In this document: piece by piece, positions 30,090 through 41,276 of the stretch
Numbering within the stretch: the first letter of the stretch is position 1
Layout of the letters: each line of letters begins with the position of its first letter
Origin: Alphaproteobacteria bacterium
Lineage (GTDB): Bacteria; Pseudomonadota; Alphaproteobacteria; GM7ARS4; G965262615
Assembly (NCBI GenBank): GCA_965262615.1
Contig: OZ253545.1
Span: 1,216,001 to 1,280,000, forward strand
DNA length: 64,000 nucleotides
Direction: 5' to 3'
Translations under genes and position numbers: made by a program
The notes under the pieces: model-generated
Seen by the model: the letters and a program-made list of their open reading frames with translations, nothing else
Databases searched by the model: none
What the model was told of the DNA's origin: nothing

Positions 30090-31391
30090 ATGAATGACAG
30101 CAAACACAAAAAACCATCATCACCTTTGGGACAATTGCTTGTTTCTCGCCGTTTTGCGCCGTTATTTGTGGTGCAGTGGTGTGGGGCGTTTAATGATAAT
30201 TTGCTCAAGCAAGCGATTATTTTGCAGATTGTGTTTGGCGCGCCCCATCTGGATGGCGGCGTGTGGGCGGCGGTGGCGATGGCGTTGTTTATTGTGCCCT
30301 TTTTTATCGTCTCGCCTGTGGCGGGCGTGCTGGCAGACACCCATGACAAGGCTCAGCTCACGCGCTTTTTGAAACTCGCGGAAATTGCCATCGCCTCAAT
30401 AGCGGGATGGGCATTGCTGCAAAACAATGTGTGGCTATGGCTGGTGGTGTTGTTTTTCATGGGAGTGCAATCGGCGTTTTTTGGCGCGATCAAATACGCC
30501 ATTTTGCCCGAATACCTTGCCAAAAAAGAACTGTTGAGCGGCAATGCCTTGGTGGAGGCGGGAACATTCATCGCCATTTTAGCGGGAACTTTATTGGCGG
30601 GCATTCTTTTGATTCACACCGATGGCATGGCGGATGTCATCGCCGTGCTGGTGACAATCGCGGTGCTGGGTTATGGCGCAAGTGTGGTGATGCCAGCAAC
30701 GCCGCGACGCGCGCGCCTATCGCTGTGGGCATGGCAGCCATTGCGGCAGACGCTTTTTTTTGTCATGGAAAAACGCGCCTTGCTCTATGGCATCATCGCC
30801 ATCTCGTTGTTTTTTCTGACGGCATCGGTGGTGGTGACCCAATTGCCCCAATTCGTGCACACCGTGATGGGCGGCGATGAGGCGGTGGCTAATCTATTGT
30901 TTGCATTGTTTGCGGTGGGCATTGCGGTGGGGTCATTGCTCATTCGCTGGCTTTTGCGCGGCGAGATTGCGGTGCGCTATGCCCCCTATGGCTTGTTTTT
31001 CATGAGCCTGTTTCTCGCAGACGCGGCAATGGTGCATTTTAGCTCCCCCATTGTGCCTCATGCCGATACGATGACCCTCGCCGATATGCTGGCGTTTCCA
31101 TATCTCCGCATTGCCGTTGATTTGTTTCTGCTCGCGGTGGCGGCGGGATTTTATGTTGTGCCCTGTTATGCCCTGTTGCAAATTCATAGCACCAATGACA
31201 TGCGCGCTCGCGTGATCGCCCTCAGCAACATGAGCGATGCGTTTTTTATCGTGCTGGGCGCAGGACTCTCACTGGCAGTGCTGACGGTGTTGACAGTCGC
31301 GAATTTGTGGATACTGATGGCGATTCTCAATCTGATGACCATTGAAATCATTCGGCGACTCCATCGCGTTACTTTTGAGGGTCACCAATAA
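30090..31391 (+). CDS. MFS transporter, LplT/Aas-N-like (lysophospholipid transporter family)
   Basis: RRFAPLF..Q..GAFNDNLLK, QSAFFGAIKYAILPE, GNALVEAGTFIAIL, RARVIA; about 12 TMs. Start uncertain. Confidence 0.82.
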   Translation: MNDSKHKKPSSPLGQLLVSRRFAPLFVVQWCGAFNDNLLKQAIILQIVFGAPHLDGGVWAAVAMALFIVPFFIVSPVAGVLADTHDKAQLTRFLKLAEIAIASIAGWALLQNNVWLWLVVLFFMGVQSAFFGAIKYAILPEYLAKKELLSGNALVEAGTFIAILAGTLLAGILLIHTDGMADVIAVLVTIAVLGYGASVVMPATPRRARLSLWAWQPLRQTLFFVMEKRALLYGIIAISLFFLTASVVVTQLPQFVHTVMGGDEAVANLLFALFAVGIAVGSLLIRWLLRGEIAVRYAPYGLFFMSLFLADAAMVHFSSPIVPHADTMTLADMLAFPYLRIAVDLFLLAVAAGFYVVPCYALLQIHSTNDMRARVIALSNMSDAFFIVLGAGLSLAVLTVLTVANLWILMAILNLMTIEIIRRLHRVTFEGHQ

Positions 31392-32814
31392 ATACTTGTA
31401 TATCGGCGACATTCGTTCCCGTATCTCTTCTTGGAATCAAGTCATCCGATGCCTTGAGAGCATGATAGGAATTGTTGTTGTCCAATTCTTTTTGTGGGTC
31501 AATGCCCGCCTTTCTCATGCGTTGTAGCGATTGATGATCCACCACGCCGCCCGCGGCTTCGGTGGGTCCATCGCGCCCGTCCGTGCCGCCCGACAGAAAC
31601 ACCCACTCCTTGTAGCGTTCCTGCAATTTTTGTTCCTCTGCTTGCAAGGCAAATAGCAAAGCCAATTCTTGATTGCGTCCCCCCAAACCATCGCCCGTGA
31701 TGTTGACGGTGGTCTCACCCCCCGAAATTTCAATGCAAAGCTTCTCTTTGTTTTTAATGGCACTCACCATTGATTTTGCGGACGATTTAACCTCATCAGT
31801 AATGGGGTAATTCCAAAGAGAAATTGATGCTGCTTTTTGACGCGCAGCCAAAATGCTTTTTTTGTTAGAGCCTCCTATGTAGCCTAACACATGGTTAAAT
31901 TTTTCCTCATCATCAGGTGTCTCTTCAATCTTACCATCACGCCCATCCTGCAAGCGTTCTTGGACACTGGCGGGCAATTCATCCCACAACTTGTATTTGT
32001 GCATAATGTCATAAGCCTCTTGAAATGTTGTTTTGTCGGGATAGGCAATGCCACTGGCAATAGAGGCAGGGTCATCGTCATAAACATCAGACAATGTGAT
32101 GGTATGGATTCGGGCTTTGGTCATCTGTGCCAATTGCCCCCCCTTGATTTTGGAGAGATGCTTACGTACACAATTAAGTTCGTGAATATCAGCACCCGCT
32201 TCGAATAATAATTTCGTAACGGTAATTTTATCCTTTGGAATGATGCCATCCGCGGGCAAAACAGCAAGAGCGGAGCCACCACCACTCAACAATAACAAAA
32301 TCACCTCATCCTCTTTTGCAGAACGAAATTTATCTAGCAAAATTTGTCCTGCTTTCACACTGCTTTGATTGGGAAAAGGATGACCTGCACTCACCTCTAT
32401 AACTTTAGTTTCTTTTTTTTGTTTTTCAATAAACGGTAGAGTTTCGTGAAAACTAAAAGATTGAGAAACTTCATGGGTCACAATAATGAACGATGATATA
32501 TGAGCATGTAGCCCATGCAAAATCGCACTCGCCATCTTCACAGATGCTTTGCCTAAAGCTATCACATGAAATTTAGTCCCTTCAGGGTAAGATGCTTCAT
32601 ATGTTAATGGATTGAACGCCTTAAAAGGATTGGGGTGTTCCAATTCGGTAAAAGGTTCAAAGTATAAATAATCTGGCATAAATTTAATTTTATACTCATA
32701 AAGTGTATCATCATAGCGGATTGCTGCATTGACAAATTGTCCAGGGTTGGCGGCATCAACTGCTCTTTGAAATAATTCTTGCGCCAGCTGACGCAATTTT
32801 TCGCGAGATGCCAT
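31369..32814 (-). CDS. Glycerate 2-kinase (class II, MOFRL/TtuD-like)
   Basis: ALGKAS, AGHPFP, LLSGGGSAL, RKHLSKIKGGQL, SGGETTV..GGRNQE, GTDGRDG, TGTNVAD. Confidence 0.9.
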   Translation of the reverse strand: MASREKLRQLAQELFQRAVDAANPGQFVNAAIRYDDTLYEYKIKFMPDYLYFEPFTELEHPNPFKAFNPLTYEASYPEGTKFHVIALGKASVKMASAILHGLHAHISSFIIVTHEVSQSFSFHETLPFIEKQKKETKVIEVSAGHPFPNQSSVKAGQILLDKFRSAKEDEVILLLLSGGGSALAVLPADGIIPKDKITVTKLLFEAGADIHELNCVRKHLSKIKGGQLAQMTKARIHTITLSDVYDDDPASIASGIAYPDKTTFQEAYDIMHKYKLWDELPASVQERLQDGRDGKIEETPDDEEKFNHVLGYIGGSNKKSILAARQKAASISLWNYPITDEVKSSAKSMVSAIKNKEKLCIEISGGETTVNITGDGLGGRNQELALLFALQAEEQKLQERYKEWVFLSGGTDGRDGPTEAAGGVVDHQSLQRMRKAGIDPQKELDNNNSYHALKASDDLIPRRDTGTNVADIQVFIGDPQK

Positions 32815-33785
32815 CAGGCAACCCTATCTCTAATTTCTTCGCCTTGCAGAAATGCTTGGACATTTTCCACGACGCGCATTCCCATTGCCTCGCGGGTCTC
32901 ATTTGTGGCACTGCCCAGGTGGGGCAGCAACACCACATTGTTCAACCTCAGCAATCCTCTGCTGACGGTGGGCTCGTTTTCATAGACATCTAATCCGGCG
33001 CCGGCGATCACACCATCTTTTAATGCGGTTATCAATGCTGCTTCATCCACGATGTCACCGCGAGCGGTGTTGATCAAAAAAGAATCCTTGCCCATTGTTG
33101 CAAAGGCGAGTGCGTCCATAAGCCCGCGTGTGCCTTCGGTTGAGGGACAATGGATTGAGATAAAATCGCCCCACTTTAACAATTCAGGCAAATTATCGCA
33201 TTGGCTCGCCGCCACATCTCTGCCGGCATCGGTGTCTTTGACAAAGGGGTCAAAAAACATAATCTCCATGCCAAAGCCGTGATGCGCCTTGCGAGCCATT
33301 GCGTGCGCGATTCTGCCAAATCCCACCAGTGCCAATTTTTTCCCGGTGACCTTGCACCCCATCATGTGGGTGGGACGCCAGCCCGTCCATTCACCCGCCC
33401 GCAGGTGACGCTCGCCCTCGCTTAGGCGGCGCGCCACCATCAGCACCAAGCTCATGGCAATATCCGCGGTGCAATCGGTGAGCACATCGGGGGTGTTGCT
33501 CACCACGATGCCCTGATGTCGTGCCGTTTTAATATCAATGTTGTTAAAGCCAACGCCAAAATTGCCCACCATCCGCACCGTGCGCCCCTCCACAGAGAGA
33601 ATATCGGCAGTGATGGCATCGGTGACGGTGGGCATCAGCACATCGTAATCCCGCATGGCTTGTTTCAGCTCATCGGCAGTGAGCGGCACATCGTTGGTGC
33701 TGAGGGTGGCATCAAACAGCTCAGCAACACGAGCCTCCACCCTTTGTGGCCATCGTCTGGTGACCAACACGCGCCCCAGTGACAT
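32814..33785 (-). CDS. D-glycerate dehydrogenase / glyoxylate-hydroxypyruvate reductase
   Basis: FGVGFNNID, NTPDVLTDCTAD, GFGRIA, INTARGDIVDE, LDVYENEP, LPHLGS. ATG 33785. Confidence 0.9.
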   Translation of the reverse strand: MSLGRVLVTRRWPQRVEARVAELFDATLSTNDVPLTADELKQAMRDYDVLMPTVTDAITADILSVEGRTVRMVGNFGVGFNNIDIKTARHQGIVVSNTPDVLTDCTADIAMSLVLMVARRLSEGERHLRAGEWTGWRPTHMMGCKVTGKKLALVGFGRIAHAMARKAHHGFGMEIMFFDPFVKDTDAGRDVAASQCDNLPELLKWGDFISIHCPSTEGTRGLMDALAFATMGKDSFLINTARGDIVDEAALITALKDGVIAGAGLDVYENEPTVSRGLLRLNNVVLLPHLGSATNETREAMGMRVVENVQAFLQGEEIRDRVA

Positions 33786-33786
33786 A

Positions 33787-34995
33787 TCAGCCGCCTTCGG
33801 GGGTGTGTTCGCGCCAGTATTCGCCCGCCGCCGCCATGCCACTGCCCGCTTCCACCTTGATGCCATGATCGCGCATCGCCATCTCAGCTCCCGCCACCGC
33901 GGCGGCTGCTTGCAGTTCATTCAAATCCCCCAAGTGACCAATGCGAAACACCTTGCCCATCACCTCATGCAATCCCGCACCCAGCGACATGTGATACTTA
34001 TGATAGGCTGTGGCAATCACGGGACGCGCATCCGCTCCTTCGGGCACACAAATGGCACTGACGGTGTCGGACTCCCACTGCGTGTCCTTGGCACACAACG
34101 ACAAGCCCCAGCCATCCTTGACCGCCCGCCGCACCCCCTCGGCAATGCGATGATGACGAGCAAACACATTCTCAAGACCCTCTTGCAGCAATAAATCACA
34201 CGCCACATCCAACGCTCGCAACATGGGAAGCTGCGGGGTGTAGGGGAAATATCCATCCTTATTGGTCTTCAGCATATCCTCCCACGAATAATAACAGCGT
34301 GGCAAGTTCGCCGACTCATTGGCTTTGAGAGCCTTCGCACTCGCCGCCAAAATGCCAATGCCCGCAGGCAACATAAAGCCCTTCTGTGAGCCGGCAATGG
34401 CACAATCAACGCCCCACTCATCCATGCGAAAATCAATACTGGCGATGGAACTCACACCATCCACAAACAACAAGGCGGGATGCTTGCAACTGTCCATCGC
34501 TTTGCGCACCGCCGCCACATCGGAAGTGACTCCGGTTGCCGTCTCGTTGTGAGTCACACACACCGCCTTGTATTGATGATTTTTGTCATCATTCAGGCGT
34601 TGGGCGACATCCTCAGGCGGCGTTCCCGTTCCCCACGGACGATCCACCACATCCACATCCAGCCCCAGGCGCGTCATCATATCCGCCCACAACAGACTAA
34701 ATGTGCCAAAGCGATAAATCAAAACCTTATCCCCAGCAGACAAAGTGTTGGTCAAAGCCGACTCCCACGCCCCCGTGCCAGAACCCGGATACAGAAAAAC
34801 CTGTCCCTTTGCTGTCTTGAAAACCTTCTTGACCTTCTCATACAAAGGCTTGGTGAATTCAGGCAGGTCAGGTGCTCGCTGGTCTTCAGTGGCAATATGA
34901 ACCGCATTCAAAATGGCATCAGGAATATGGGTGGGACCAGGAATAAAGGTGTGAATACGCCCCACATGACGGCGTCCGAGACTGTTTTTAGCCAT
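33787..34995 (-). CDS. sgaA: Serine-glyoxylate aminotransferase-like (class V PLP)
   Basis: FIPGPT, SGTGAWESALTNTL, THNETATGVTSD, VDGVSS, GSQKG, YFPYTP, FRIGHLGDLNE. Confidence 0.8.
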   Translation of the reverse strand: MAKNSLGRRHVGRIHTFIPGPTHIPDAILNAVHIATEDQRAPDLPEFTKPLYEKVKKVFKTAKGQVFLYPGSGTGAWESALTNTLSAGDKVLIYRFGTFSLLWADMMTRLGLDVDVVDRPWGTGTPPEDVAQRLNDDKNHQYKAVCVTHNETATGVTSDVAAVRKAMDSCKHPALLFVDGVSSIASIDFRMDEWGVDCAIAGSQKGFMLPAGIGILAASAKALKANESANLPRCYYSWEDMLKTNKDGYFPYTPQLPMLRALDVACDLLLQEGLENVFARHHRIAEGVRRAVKDGWGLSLCAKDTQWESDTVSAICVPEGADARPVIATAYHKYHMSLGAGLHEVMGKVFRIGHLGDLNELQAAAAVAGAEMAMRDHGIKVEAGSGMAAAGEYWREHTPEGG

Positions 34996-35051
34996 AAATA
35001 ATCCTCCTCAAGGTTGTGACCGCCTCACCATAGACAATCTCATCACAAAAA

Positions 35052-35657
35052 TCAACGCCGCAAACGAGCCAGTCGCTCCCGCCACCACGCTCGAGCATAA
35101 TACACACGAGCCGCCACCAAAGCCACAATCACCGCCCCATAGCCAAGCGGAGCGGCGATGTCACTGCGGGAGAGAATCAAAAAATGGACAAACGACAAAA
35201 ACGCCACAAGAAAAATCACCTTGTGCAACCGCCGCCAGTTTTTGCCTCCCATTTTTTTGATGAGACGCGGGATCGTTGTCACCGCCATCACCGATAGCCA
35301 AACCCACGCCCCAAAGCCCATGATAATGTAAGGACGCTCCGTCACCTCCTTGTTCAAGCGACTGATATCCATATCCAGCAAAAAAACGAAAAACACCGTC
35401 ACATGGACACAACCATAAAAATAGCACCACAAGCCCAACTGACGGCGCAAACGCACCAGACGCGGCATATTGAGATAACGAGCCATAGGACTCACCATCA
35501 AACAAAGAACAAGAAAATTCAAAGCCCAAATGCCCGATTCCAGCGTCATGGTTTTGACAGGGTCAGCGCCCAATTGACCCGTCACGCCGTTATAAAGCAA
35601 AAACAAAAACGGCAAGGAAGATGCAATAAAAACATAAAAAGCAGCCGACATCATCAA
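35052..35657 (-). CDS. msrQ: Methionine sulfoxide reductase heme-binding subunit
   Basis: [28 protein letters not shown]; downstream of msrP. Confidence 0.9.
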   Translation of the reverse strand: MMMSAAFYVFIASSLPFLFLLYNGVTGQLGADPVKTMTLESGIWALNFLVLCLMVSPMARYLNMPRLVRLRRQLGLWCYFYGCVHVTVFFVFLLDMDISRLNKEVTERPYIIMGFGAWVWLSVMAVTTIPRLIKKMGGKNWRRLHKVIFLVAFLSFVHFLILSRSDIAAPLGYGAVIVALVAARVYYARAWWRERLARLRR

Positions 35658-36727
35658 TAGAAGCGATGAATCAAATCCATGCCCTTGTAGAGGGAAGCCA
35701 CCTGCTCGCCATAGCCGTTGAATATTTGGGTTGGAATGCGCTGGGTGTTTTGAAATCCGACACGACTGATAAACCGCCGCTCAGAGCTTTGTGACCAACG
35801 AGGATGAGAGCGATTGGGATTGACATTGCTGTAGAATCCGTATTCTCGCGGGGCGGCGATGTTCCATGTGGAGGGCGGTTGTTTTTCGGTAAAGGTAATC
35901 CGCACCACCGATTTGGGACTCTTAAAGCCATACTTCCAAGGAATGACCACCTTCACCGGCGCGCCATTTTGCGGATAGAGCCGCTCCCCGTACATCCCCA
36001 CCGTGAAAAAAGTCAGAGGGTGACGCGCCTCATCCATCCGCAATCCCTCCACATAGGGATAGCGAATGGTGGCGAACAGACTCTTCTGCTGCGGCATCTC
36101 TTCAGGACGATAGAGCGTCTGAAACGCCACATAGCGCGCCGATGTCATGGGCTCCACATGGTCAATCAGGCGGGCGAGGGAAAAGCCAATCCAAGGAATC
36201 ACCATAGACCAAGCCTCCACACAGCGCAGACGATACATGCGCTCCTCCAAGCCGCCACTCAAGCGCACAAGAGTTTCCAAATCGTAAGTGCCTCCTTTGT
36301 GACACAAACCGTCAATGACAACGCTCCATGGATCCACCGTCAGCTGGTGAGCATAGCGCGCGGGGTCTTCTTTGGCGGTGCCAAATTCGTAAAAGTTGTT
36401 GTATTCGGTGGCGATAGACAGCGGCGTGACGGCTTCATCGGTGGTCACGGTGCGCTTTGCTTTGCCAATGGGCTCAAGCAAAAATTGATTGGGCACAGGA
36501 GGCGGTGGCGGCTGTGGCGTTGGTGTGGGCGGCATGGGAGCGATTTGTGTCGTCTCATCTTTGACTCTGCCAAAAGACGCATTCTCTTTGCGTGCCTGAT
36601 TTTTAGGTGCGCCGCCATAGCGACTGCCCAACCACGCCGCCGCGCCCACAACCGAGAGTCCTGCCACAAACCGCCGCCGCGAACGATAAATTGCCTCATC
36701 CGTCACTTGAGATTCTTTTTCATTCAT
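35654..36727 (-). CDS. msrP: Periplasmic methionine sulfoxide reductase catalytic subunit (Mo)
   Basis: Tat [48 protein letters not shown]. Confidence 0.94.
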   Translation of the reverse strand: MNEKESQVTDEAIYRSRRRFVAGLSVVGAAAWLGSRYGGAPKNQARKENASFGRVKDETTQIAPMPPTPTPQPPPPPVPNQFLLEPIGKAKRTVTTDEAVTPLSIATEYNNFYEFGTAKEDPARYAHQLTVDPWSVVIDGLCHKGGTYDLETLVRLSGGLEERMYRLRCVEAWSMVIPWIGFSLARLIDHVEPMTSARYVAFQTLYRPEEMPQQKSLFATIRYPYVEGLRMDEARHPLTFFTVGMYGERLYPQNGAPVKVVIPWKYGFKSPKSVVRITFTEKQPPSTWNIAAPREYGFYSNVNPNRSHPRWSQSSERRFISRVGFQNTQRIPTQIFNGYGEQVASLYKGMDLIHRFY

Positions 36728-38850
36728 GATGCGCTTTTCTCCAACAAATCAAGAACTTTAGTGGCAGCGGCAATGACATTCGTTCCAGGTCCAAACACGG
36801 CATCCACACCGCTTTGGGTGAGAAACTGATAGTCAGACGGCGGAATCACCCCGCCACAGATCACCTTTATATCATCCCCCCCCTGCTTGTGCAACTCTTG
36901 CACCAACATGGGCATCAGCGTTTTGTGTCCCGCCACCAGACTGGACACCCCAATGACATGGACATCATTTTCCACCGCCTGCCGAGCCGCTTCCTGCGGT
37001 GTTTGAAAGAGCGACCCCACATCCACATCAAAACCAAAATCGGCAAATGCAGTGGCAATGATGCGCGCACCTCTGTCATGCCCATCTTGTCCCATTTTGA
37101 CCACCAGCAAGCGAGGACGGCGACCCTCACGCTTTGCAAAACCAGAAGTGCGCGCGCGCATGCCATCAAACTCATCATCCCCCGCCCGCGCCTCAGCATA
37201 AGCCCCCTGCACAATATCCGCCTGCAGACGGTGACGCTCAAACACATCCTCCAAAGCTGAGCTCACCTCACCCAGTGTGGCACGCACCCGCATGGCATCA
37301 ATGGTGAGCGCGAGCAAATTGCCGTCTTTGTGCGCGCCTTCTCGCAAGCGATTCAATGATTGGGTCACGGCGTTTTCATCTCGCTCCTTCTTGATTTTTT
37401 GCAAACGCGCCAGCTGAGCCTCGCGCACCTGACTGTTGTCAATAAAGCGAATGTCAATGTCTTCTTCTTGCTGTGGCTGATAGCGATTGACTCCCACCAC
37501 AATATCATCACCGCGATCCACTCGCGCTTGGCGGCGGACGGCGGATTCCTCAATGCGCCGTTTGGGAACACCCAATGCCACCGCTTTGGTCATGCCGCCC
37601 AGTTCTTCCACCTCATCAATGAGACGGCGCGCCTCACAAATCATGCTATGGGTCAAATTTTCAATAAAATAAGAGCCTCCCAGCGGATCCACCACCTTTG
37701 CCAAGCCCGCCTCATCACGCAAAATCAACTGCGTATTGCGGGCAATGCGCGCCGAAAACACCGTGGGCAGAGCCAGTGCCTCATCAAAGGCATTGGTGTG
37801 CAATGACTGCGTTCCCCCCAGCACCGCCGCCATCGCCTCAATGGTGGTGCGCACAACATTGTTGTGAGGGTCTTGCTCCGTCAATGACACCCCCGATGTC
37901 TGACAGTGGGTGCGCAGACACAAACTGCGCTCATCCTCAGGATGAAACGGTTTCATCAATTCCGCCCACAAAAAGCGCGCCGCTCGCAACTTGGCAATCT
38001 CCATGAAAAAATTCATGCCAATGGCAAAAAAGAATGAAAGGCGCGGCGCAAACTGATCAATAGGCAACCCCTTTGACAAAGCCGTCCGCACATATTCAAC
38101 GCCATCCGCCAGAGTGTAAGCCAGCTCTTGCGTCTGTGTCGCCCCCGCCTCTTGCATATGATAACCGGAAATAGAAATGGAATTAAAACGAGGCATAGCC
38201 CGTGATGTGTAATCAATGATGTCCGCCACAATGCGCATGCTGGGCTCGGGCGGATAAATGTAGGTGTTACGCACCATGAATTCTTTCAAAATATCATTTT
38301 GAATAGTGCCCGATAATTGCTCCTGCGAGACTCCTTGTTCTTCCGCCGCCACAATAAATGCCGCCAAGACCGGCAACACTGCGCCGTTCATGGTCATGGA
38401 GACGCTCATGCGCTCCAACGGAATGCCAGCAAAGAGAATTTTCATGTCCTCCACCGAATCAATGGCGACCCCCGCCTTGCCCACATCGCCAATGACGCGC
38501 TCGTGGTCAGAGTCATACCCTCTGTGAGTCGCCAGATCAAAAGCGACCGAGAGCCCCGTCACGCCGTTTTTCAGCCCCTGATGATAAAACTGATTGGTCT
38601 CTTCGGCGGTGGAAAATCCCGCATACTGACGAATCGTCCAAGGGCGATTGGCGTACATGGTGGCGCGCACGCCGCGAGTAAATGGCGCAAAACCAGGCAA
38701 GCTCTGCAAATGCTCCATTTCTTCTAGGTCTTCTGCGGTGTAGAGAGGTTTCACCTCAATGCCTTCGGGCGTTTGCCACACAAGGGATTCAAGGGGCTTG
38801 TCTTTGAGCTCTGTGCGCGCGCGTTTCTCCCACTGTTTGATTGAGGTCAC
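36724..38850 (-). CDS. scpA: Methylmalonyl-CoA mutase (B12-dependent)
   Basis: [51 protein letters not shown] cobalamin motif. Confidence 0.95.
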   Translation of the reverse strand: MTSIKQWEKRARTELKDKPLESLVWQTPEGIEVKPLYTAEDLEEMEHLQSLPGFAPFTRGVRATMYANRPWTIRQYAGFSTAEETNQFYHQGLKNGVTGLSVAFDLATHRGYDSDHERVIGDVGKAGVAIDSVEDMKILFAGIPLERMSVSMTMNGAVLPVLAAFIVAAEEQGVSQEQLSGTIQNDILKEFMVRNTYIYPPEPSMRIVADIIDYTSRAMPRFNSISISGYHMQEAGATQTQELAYTLADGVEYVRTALSKGLPIDQFAPRLSFFFAIGMNFFMEIAKLRAARFLWAELMKPFHPEDERSLCLRTHCQTSGVSLTEQDPHNNVVRTTIEAMAAVLGGTQSLHTNAFDEALALPTVFSARIARNTQLILRDEAGLAKVVDPLGGSYFIENLTHSMICEARRLIDEVEELGGMTKAVALGVPKRRIEESAVRRQARVDRGDDIVVGVNRYQPQQEEDIDIRFIDNSQVREAQLARLQKIKKERDENAVTQSLNRLREGAHKDGNLLALTIDAMRVRATLGEVSSALEDVFERHRLQADIVQGAYAEARAGDDEFDGMRARTSGFAKREGRRPRLLVVKMGQDGHDRGARIIATAFADFGFDVDVGSLFQTPQEAARQAVENDVHVIGVSSLVAGHKTLMPMLVQELHKQGGDDIKVICGGVIPPSDYQFLTQSGVDAVFGPGTNVIAAATKVLDLLEKSAS

Positions 38851-40304
38851 GATGTCCCTCCCACAGTGAGATTGTCAATACGCAATGTGGGCTGTCCCAC
38901 GCCCACAGGGACGAGTTGTCCCTCTTTGCCGCATGTGCCGATGCCGTCATCCAACGCCATGTCATTGCCCACCATGGCAATGTGACGCAATGCCGTCGCC
39001 CCACTGCCAATCAATGTCGCCCCTTTGATGGGATGCGTCACCTTGCCATTCTCAATGCGATAGGCAAGACTGGCAGAAAACACAAACTGTCCCGAAGTGA
39101 TATCCACCTGTCCGCCGCCAAATTGCACGGCATAAATGCCATCCTTCACCGATTCAATGATCTCTTGAGGCTCATGGTCTCCCGCCAGCATGTAGGTATT
39201 GGTCATGCGGGGCATGACGCAATGGGCGTAGCTTTCTCTGCGTCCGTTGCCTGTGGGAGCAACGCCCATCAGACGAGCATTCATGCGATCCTGCATGAAG
39301 CCGCACAAAATGCCATCCTCAATGAGTGTGGTGTTCTGTCCCGCCGTGCCTTCATCGTCCATCGTCAAAGAGCCACGCCGCGCCGTGATGGTGGCATCAT
39401 CCACCACAGTAACGCCTTTGGCGGCAATGCGTTTCCCCATCAAATGAGCAAAAGCCGACAAACCCTTGCGATTGAAATCTCCCTCCAAGCCGTGTCCCAC
39501 CGCTTCATGCAACAAAATGCCAGGCCATCCGTGACTCAGCACCACCTGCGTTTCTCCTGCCGGTGCGGCGTGGGCATCCAAGTTCAAACGCGCCATGCCG
39601 ATGGCATCATCAAGAAGACGATTCGTCACCGTCTTGTTTGTCCAGTTATTCCAGTGGTCTCTGCCGCCCGTGCCTGAGACTCCCGTCTCTCGTTGGTCGC
39701 CTTGCTGCACGGTCACGCGCACGCCCAAACGCACCAAAGGACGAATATCACAATAGTGCGAGCCATCAGGACGCAGCACCAACACCAATTGCCACGAACT
39801 ATGCAACGATGCCCAAAAACCACACACCGCAGAATCTTTACCATGCGCCTCTTTTTCCAAACGCTGCAACAATGCCACCTTATCCACAAGACCGTAATCG
39901 GCAATGGGATGACTCGCCTCATAGCGCGCCACATGAGCATGGCCCGGAGATGCCGCCAGCGTCACATTGCCACCTTTCAGGGAGCGCACACTCGCCACCG
40001 CCCGCTTGAGAGAAGCCAGACGCAAATCACTGCTGTGAGCCAACGCCTGCCGCGTGCCACTGATGACGCGCACACTAAAACCCCGCCGTGTCTCATCTTG
40101 CACATTCTTAAGCGTGCCATCCTCCCAATTGAGTCCCTCGCTGTGGTGATACTCAAAAAACAAATCGGCATCATCCCGCCCGCGAGCCGCTTCTTGTAGC
40201 ACCGCCGTTGCCGTCTCCAGCGATAAATCATCGCCGAAAAATAACTCGTTTGCTCGTGACAAAGAATCATCCATCCCTTTAGGATAATCCTCATCGCCCA
40301 CCAT
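38847..40304 (-). CDS. tldD: Metalloprotease TldD
   Basis: [53 protein letters not shown]. Confidence 0.94.
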   Translation of the reverse strand: MVGDEDYPKGMDDSLSRANELFFGDDLSLETATAVLQEAARGRDDADLFFEYHHSEGLNWEDGTLKNVQDETRRGFSVRVISGTRQALAHSSDLRLASLKRAVASVRSLKGGNVTLAASPGHAHVARYEASHPIADYGLVDKVALLQRLEKEAHGKDSAVCGFWASLHSSWQLVLVLRPDGSHYCDIRPLVRLGVRVTVQQGDQRETGVSGTGGRDHWNNWTNKTVTNRLLDDAIGMARLNLDAHAAPAGETQVVLSHGWPGILLHEAVGHGLEGDFNRKGLSAFAHLMGKRIAAKGVTVVDDATITARRGSLTMDDEGTAGQNTTLIEDGILCGFMQDRMNARLMGVAPTGNGRRESYAHCVMPRMTNTYMLAGDHEPQEIIESVKDGIYAVQFGGGQVDITSGQFVFSASLAYRIENGKVTHPIKGATLIGSGATALRHIAMVGNDMALDDGIGTCGKEGQLVPVGVGQPTLRIDNLTVGGTS

Positions 40305-40311
40305 AGCAACA

Positions 40312-41070
40312 TCAAAAGCGATAGAATACGCCCAAAGTAATCACATGCTCACTCAACTCATTGGATGACACCACCTGCACATTGTTACTGCTCTGATTGA
40401 CCACCGCCATTGTGTGAATGTCATCATCCATCGTGCCGTATTTGAGGTAGTTATAGTCACTTCTGAGAAAGACATCATGATTGAGCGCAAAAGCGATGCC
40501 GCCTCCCAGACGCACCGCCTCAGCACTGACACTGTTGCTTTGCCGTAGGTGCGGTGTCGTGGTTGTCATATCAAAGCGGGCATTGACAAACCCCACCACG
40601 CCGTAGAGCACCCACACCTCACGCCCCACGCCTACCAAAAAAGACAAGCCGATGCGATGCTTGCGCTTGATCTCTTGCGTGTGAGATTGAGTGCTGTCCG
40701 TGAGGCTCATTGAGCCACCCCCCACCGCAATATCGCTCTCCATTCCCAGATAAATATTGTGGGGGTCTAGCAAAAATCCGTATCCCAACACAAAGGCATA
40801 ATCAATGGTTTGCTGATCCTCTTTGAGGCTGATGGTGGTGGGATTGGCAACGCGACTGGTCACAAGGCTGCCCTTCATGTGAGACGAAGAAAGACCCGCC
40901 ATCAAGCCCATATAAAATCCCTGATGCGCCGCATGAGGCTTGTGAATGCGAATGTCTTCGTCAAAAAATGAGCCTGCATTCTGAGCCGCCACATCAGCCG
41001 ATGCGCACACCATCGCCATCGCCCAACCCAGCAAAAACCGAAAACGCACCTCCTGTGGCAATCCTCTCAT
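40312..41070 (-). CDS. Outer-membrane beta-barrel protein (8-stranded OmpA/Omp25-like porin family)
   Basis: Signal peptide, GFYMGL first strand, amphipathic strands, C-terminal LGVFYRF BAM signal. Confidence 0.78.
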   Translation of the reverse strand: MRGLPQEVRFRFLLGWAMAMVCASADVAAQNAGSFFDEDIRIHKPHAAHQGFYMGLMAGLSSSHMKGSLVTSRVANPTTISLKEDQQTIDYAFVLGYGFLLDPHNIYLGMESDIAVGGGSMSLTDSTQSHTQEIKRKHRIGLSFLVGVGREVWVLYGVVGFVNARFDMTTTTPHLRQSNSVSAEAVRLGGGIAFALNHDVFLRSDYNYLKYGTMDDDIHTMAVVNQSSNNVQVVSSNELSEHVITLGVFYRF

Positions 41071-41073
41071 GCA

Positions 41074-41276
41074 TTATGAGTAACGCCTTGTGTGTCTTTG
41101 TCACAACGAAAAAAGGATAAACGGTGGTGACACAACACACGCCTCATTTATGAGTGACGCCTTGTGTGTCTTTGTCACAACGAAAAAAGGATAAACAGTG
41201 GTGACACAACACACGCCTCATTTATGAGTGACGCCTTGCGTGTCTTTGTCACAACGAAAAAAGGATAAACAGTGGT
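41074..41276. repeat. 74-bp tandem repeat (about 2.75 copies) derived from the rsmD 3' end
   Basis: Units start at 41074, 41148 and 41222 (ttatgagt[a/g]acgccttg...), nearly identical; each full unit contains an inverted repeat GTGTGT..TGTCAC / GTGACA..ACACAC. Confidence 0.92.

Noticed and set aside
41074-41276. 74-bp repeat as a CRISPR array
   Set aside because: Units are contiguous with no unique spacers, derive from the rsmD 3' end, and no cas genes are in the window.
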